Of a stretch of 30,753 nt of DNA, positions 27,921 to 30,753 are shown in pieces; position 1 is the first letter of the stretch; every line of letters starts with the position of its first letter. The notes below the pieces were generated by a model that saw only the letters and a program-made list of their open reading frames with translations, was not told where the DNA came from and did not search any database. The DNA is from Thermoplasmata archaeon. GTDB lineage: Archaea > Thermoplasmatota > E2 > DHVEG-1. The stretch covers positions 1-30,753 of the forward strand of contig DAOWFO010000019.1 of assembly GCA_030637965.1 (NCBI GenBank). The letters run 5' to 3'. The translations under genes and the position numbers were made by a program.

Positions 27921-28569
27921 AATCATTGATAAAATCATAGATAGAAAGGGAGCTCTATCAGAAAACGAAGTAAAGGATTTGATGAAAGCCTTTGGTATAA
28001 GAACTACAAACTATAAAGTTATAAAAAATCTAGAAGATTTAGATAATTTGGGACTTTCATTTCCTGTAGCTCTCAAAGTTTGTTCTAGAAAAATTTTACA
28101 TAAAACTGATTTGGGTGGTGTAATATTAGACATAAAAAATATGGATGAACTTAAAAAAACATTCAAAGAGTTTAAGAAAAAGTTCCCAAAAGAAAACCTC
28201 CTTGTTGACCAGATGGAAAAAAAAGGCGTTGAGATAATCATTGGGCTTGTACAAGATCCAACATTTGGCCTGTCCATTATGTATGGAATTGGCGGGATTT
28301 ACACTGAACTTTATGAGGATGTGTCGTTTCGAATTGTGCCTATCGATCAATATGATGCAGAACAGATGGTTGAAGAAATTAAGGGGAAAAAACTGCTGGA
28401 AGGGTTTAGAAACATACCAGCTAATAAACAATTAGTTATTGATCTTCTAATAAAAGTATCAAAAATTGGAGAAGAGCTAATTAACCATATTGATCAGATG
28501 GATTTAAATCCAATATTTGTGTATGAAAACAATATTTGTGTTGTTGACGCTAAACTTATATTAAAATAA
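27907..28569 (+). CDS. ADP-forming acyl-CoA synthetase (ACD) beta subunit, ATP-grasp
   Basis: FPVALKV, HKTDLGGV, EIIIG...DPTFG...GIGGIYTE...DV, DLNP, VDAK; overlaps the PaaK-like stop. Confidence 0.9.
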   Translation: MKMNKIIDKIIDRKGALSENEVKDLMKAFGIRTTNYKVIKNLEDLDNLGLSFPVALKVCSRKILHKTDLGGVILDIKNMDELKKTFKEFKKKFPKENLLVDQMEKKGVEIIIGLVQDPTFGLSIMYGIGGIYTELYEDVSFRIVPIDQYDAEQMVEEIKGKKLLEGFRNIPANKQLVIDLLIKVSKIGEELINHIDQMDLNPIFVYENNICVVDAKLILK

Positions 28570-28584
28570 AAAAAATAGGTGTTT

Positions 28585-30006
28585 ATGAAAATGATGTCTG
28601 AAATGGGAGATTATAAAATCAAGGATATTAATCTTGCTGATTTTGGTAGAAAGGAAATTGATATTGCAGAAAAGGAAATGCCTGGGCTTATAGCTGTAAG
28701 AGAGAAATATGGCCCTCAAAAACCATTAAAAGGGGCTAGAATAACTGGAAGCCTACATATGACTATACAGACTGCTGTTCTAATTGAAACTTTAATTGAA
28801 CTTGGAGCACATGTAAGATGGGCAAGCTGCAATATTTTCTCAACCCAAGATCATGCTGCTGCTGCAATTGTAAAAACTGGAGTTTCCGTTTTTGCATGGA
28901 AAGGAGAAAGTTTGAAAGATTACTGGTGGTGCACTCAAAAAGCATTAGATTTTGGGGATGGTAAAGGACCTCATCTAATTGTAGACGATGGCGGTGATGC
29001 AACACTGATGGTTCACAAGGGAGTTGAAATCGAAAAGAATCCAAATCTACTTGAAAAGGATTATTGCAATGAAGGGGAAGATTTCAGAGAATTGATGGCT
29101 CTTTTAAAGGAAACTTATTCACGGGATAAGAAAAAATGGTCTATGATTGCTGAAGGTATAAAAGGGGTATCAGAAGAAACTACTACCGGAGTTCATAGGC
29201 TATATCAAATGAAGGAAAATAATACGTTATTGTTTCCTGCATTTAATGTAAACGATTCCGTAACAAAATCCAAATTCGATAATCTTTATGGATGTAGAGA
29301 AAGCCTTGCAGATGGAATAAAAAGGGCAACAGATGTAATGGTTGCCGGTAAGACAATTGTTGTATGTGGCTATGGAGATGTTGGAAAAGGTTGTTGTCAA
29401 TCCATGAAGGGTTTTGGTGCAAGAGTGATAGTCACTGAAATTGATCCCATCTGCGCGCTACAAGCCGCTATGGAAGGTTATGAAGTAAATACTATTGAAG
29501 ATACTCTTGATGAAGGCAACATCTTTGTCACTGCAACAGGGAACAGAGATGTTATAACAGCGGAACATATGAAGAAAATGAAGGATCAAGCAATAGTCTG
29601 TAACATAGGACACTTTGACAATGAACTCCAAATAGAAAGACTTGAAAAAATACCAGGAATTAAAAAAGTAAATATCAAACCACAGGTGGACAAATACATT
29701 TTTTCAGATGGACATGAAATATTTTTACTTGCAGAGGGAAGACTTGTGAATCTAGGTTGTGCAACAGGACATCCAAGCTTTGTAATGAGTAATTCATTTA
29801 CAAATCAATGTCTTGCTCAGATGGCACTATGGAAAAAAGAACATGATATTGGAGTATATATGCTTCCAAAAATACTTGATGAAGAAGTAGCTAGGTTGCA
29901 TCTTAAAAAACTTGGTGTAAAATTAACAAAACTTTCACAAGAACAGGCTGATTACATTGGAATAAAAATCGAAGGTCCATATAAACCCAAATATTATAGA
30001 TACTAG
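28585..30006 (+). CDS. ahcY: Adenosylhomocysteinase (bacterial/plant type, with insertion)
   Basis: [76 protein letters not shown]. Exact start among several nearby ATGs is uncertain. Confidence 0.97.
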   Translation: MKMMSEMGDYKIKDINLADFGRKEIDIAEKEMPGLIAVREKYGPQKPLKGARITGSLHMTIQTAVLIETLIELGAHVRWASCNIFSTQDHAAAAIVKTGVSVFAWKGESLKDYWWCTQKALDFGDGKGPHLIVDDGGDATLMVHKGVEIEKNPNLLEKDYCNEGEDFRELMALLKETYSRDKKKWSMIAEGIKGVSEETTTGVHRLYQMKENNTLLFPAFNVNDSVTKSKFDNLYGCRESLADGIKRATDVMVAGKTIVVCGYGDVGKGCCQSMKGFGARVIVTEIDPICALQAAMEGYEVNTIEDTLDEGNIFVTATGNRDVITAEHMKKMKDQAIVCNIGHFDNELQIERLEKIPGIKKVNIKPQVDKYIFSDGHEIFLLAEGRLVNLGCATGHPSFVMSNSFTNQCLAQMALWKKEHDIGVYMLPKILDEEVARLHLKKLGVKLTKLSQEQADYIGIKIEGPYKPKYYRY

Positions 30007-30073
30007 AGAATGAAAATAACAATATATTAATTTATTTGCTAAGCGACTTCATTTTTATTAAATTCGTGTGTTA

Positions 30074-30753
30074 TTAAGAAAATATATTGAGCTTCTTGAA
30101 CCTATCTTCCATATCTTTAACAGGTTTAAGAGGTAATGTAAAACTAAAAGTACTTCCTTTATCCAATTTACTATCAACACTAATATTACCACCATGGGCA
30201 GCCACAATCCCCCGTGAAATGGTAAGACCCAAACCTGTACCACCCATCAGTTTCCTGTCTTTTGCAGAATCGACCTGATAAAATGTATCAAAAATTTTTT
30301 CTTTCTTATTTTTTGGTATTCCTCTACCAAAATCTTGAACGTTAAATACTACATAATCTCCTTCTTTTTTAACATATATGTTGATTTTCGATTTGCACGG
30401 TGAAAATTTTATTGCATTGCTTAAAAGATTAACTATAACTTGTTTAATTCTCTCACAATCTATGATAAGACAAGGTATATTATCCTCCAAAATTGTGTTT
30501 ATTTTCATCTGTTTAATATTTGCAGAAGATTGCATTGTCTCAACGGTTTCCTTGATCATTTTACCTATATCTATTTCTTCGGCGATGAATTTCATGGTTC
30601 CCGATTCAAGTCTTGAGATGTCAAGAATGTCTTGAACAAGCTTGTTCAGACGGTTTGTATTTCGAAGAACAATACCTAGAGCTTTTTTCTGCTTTTTAGT
30701 TATTTCTCCTAAAGACATATCGGAAATAAGTTGAGCATATCCTTTTATTGCAA
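30074..30753 (-). CDS. Sensor histidine kinase (HisKA plus HATPase_c), 5' part beyond window
   Basis: Frame is open to the window edge (..AIKGYAQL..); LDISRLESG, NLLSNAIKFS, DFGRGI, FDTFYQ, GGTGLGL. Confidence 0.93.
   Translation of the reverse strand, partial: AIKGYAQLISDMSLGEITKKQKKALGIVLRNTNRLNKLVQDILDISRLESGTMKFIAEEIDIGKMIKETVETMQSSANIKQMKINTILEDNIPCLIIDCERIKQVIVNLLSNAIKFSPCKSKINIYVKKEGDYVVFNVQDFGRGIPKNKKEKIFDTFYQVDSAKDRKLMGGTGLGLTISRGIVAAHGGNISVDSKLDKGSTFSFTLPLKPVKDMEDRFKKLNIFS

Noticed and set aside
3521-30635. Numerous 60-130 aa track ORFs antisense to or nested in confident genes (e.g. 3521-3736, 5016-5414, 7709-7948, 10967-11209, 19616-19924, 26140-26388, 28763-29044, 30378-30635)
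   Set aside because: Shadow ORFs of well-supported genes, with no motifs.

Overview
AT-rich archaeal chromosomal window, most likely Thermoplasmata of the MBG-D/DHVEG-1 type. This is inferred from the archaeal TFB, uS15, eL15, ThrRS, PurP and FBPA/P genes and from my recollection of the Lrp and secreted-domain styles of that group. Most of the window is housekeeping: thrS, cysS, purP, FBPA/P, rps15, rpl15e, tfb, RecJ-like DHH plus Pcc1, PaaK-like ligase, ACD beta subunit, ahcY and a truncated histidine kinase. Two tightly coupled metabolic operons stand out. (1) HD hydrolase, CitF-type citrate CoA-transferase and a citrate-synthase-fold citryl-CoA lyase, with no CitD or CitE in the window; this suggests a hybrid, ACP-free citrate cleavage route. 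(2) A five-gene Aeropyrum-type mevalonate operon (mvk, UbiD-type AMPD, PMDh-L, PMDh-S) with an LpdD-like prFMN chaperone embedded in it. Other observations are recurring intergenic purine/pyrimidine stem-loops, a T-arm-like hairpin over the thrS start codon, a split rps15-recJ-pcc1 cluster and a bacterial-type SAH hydrolase. No rRNA, tRNA, CRISPR array or transposase was recognised. All assignments come from motif recognition by eye; no database searches were run.
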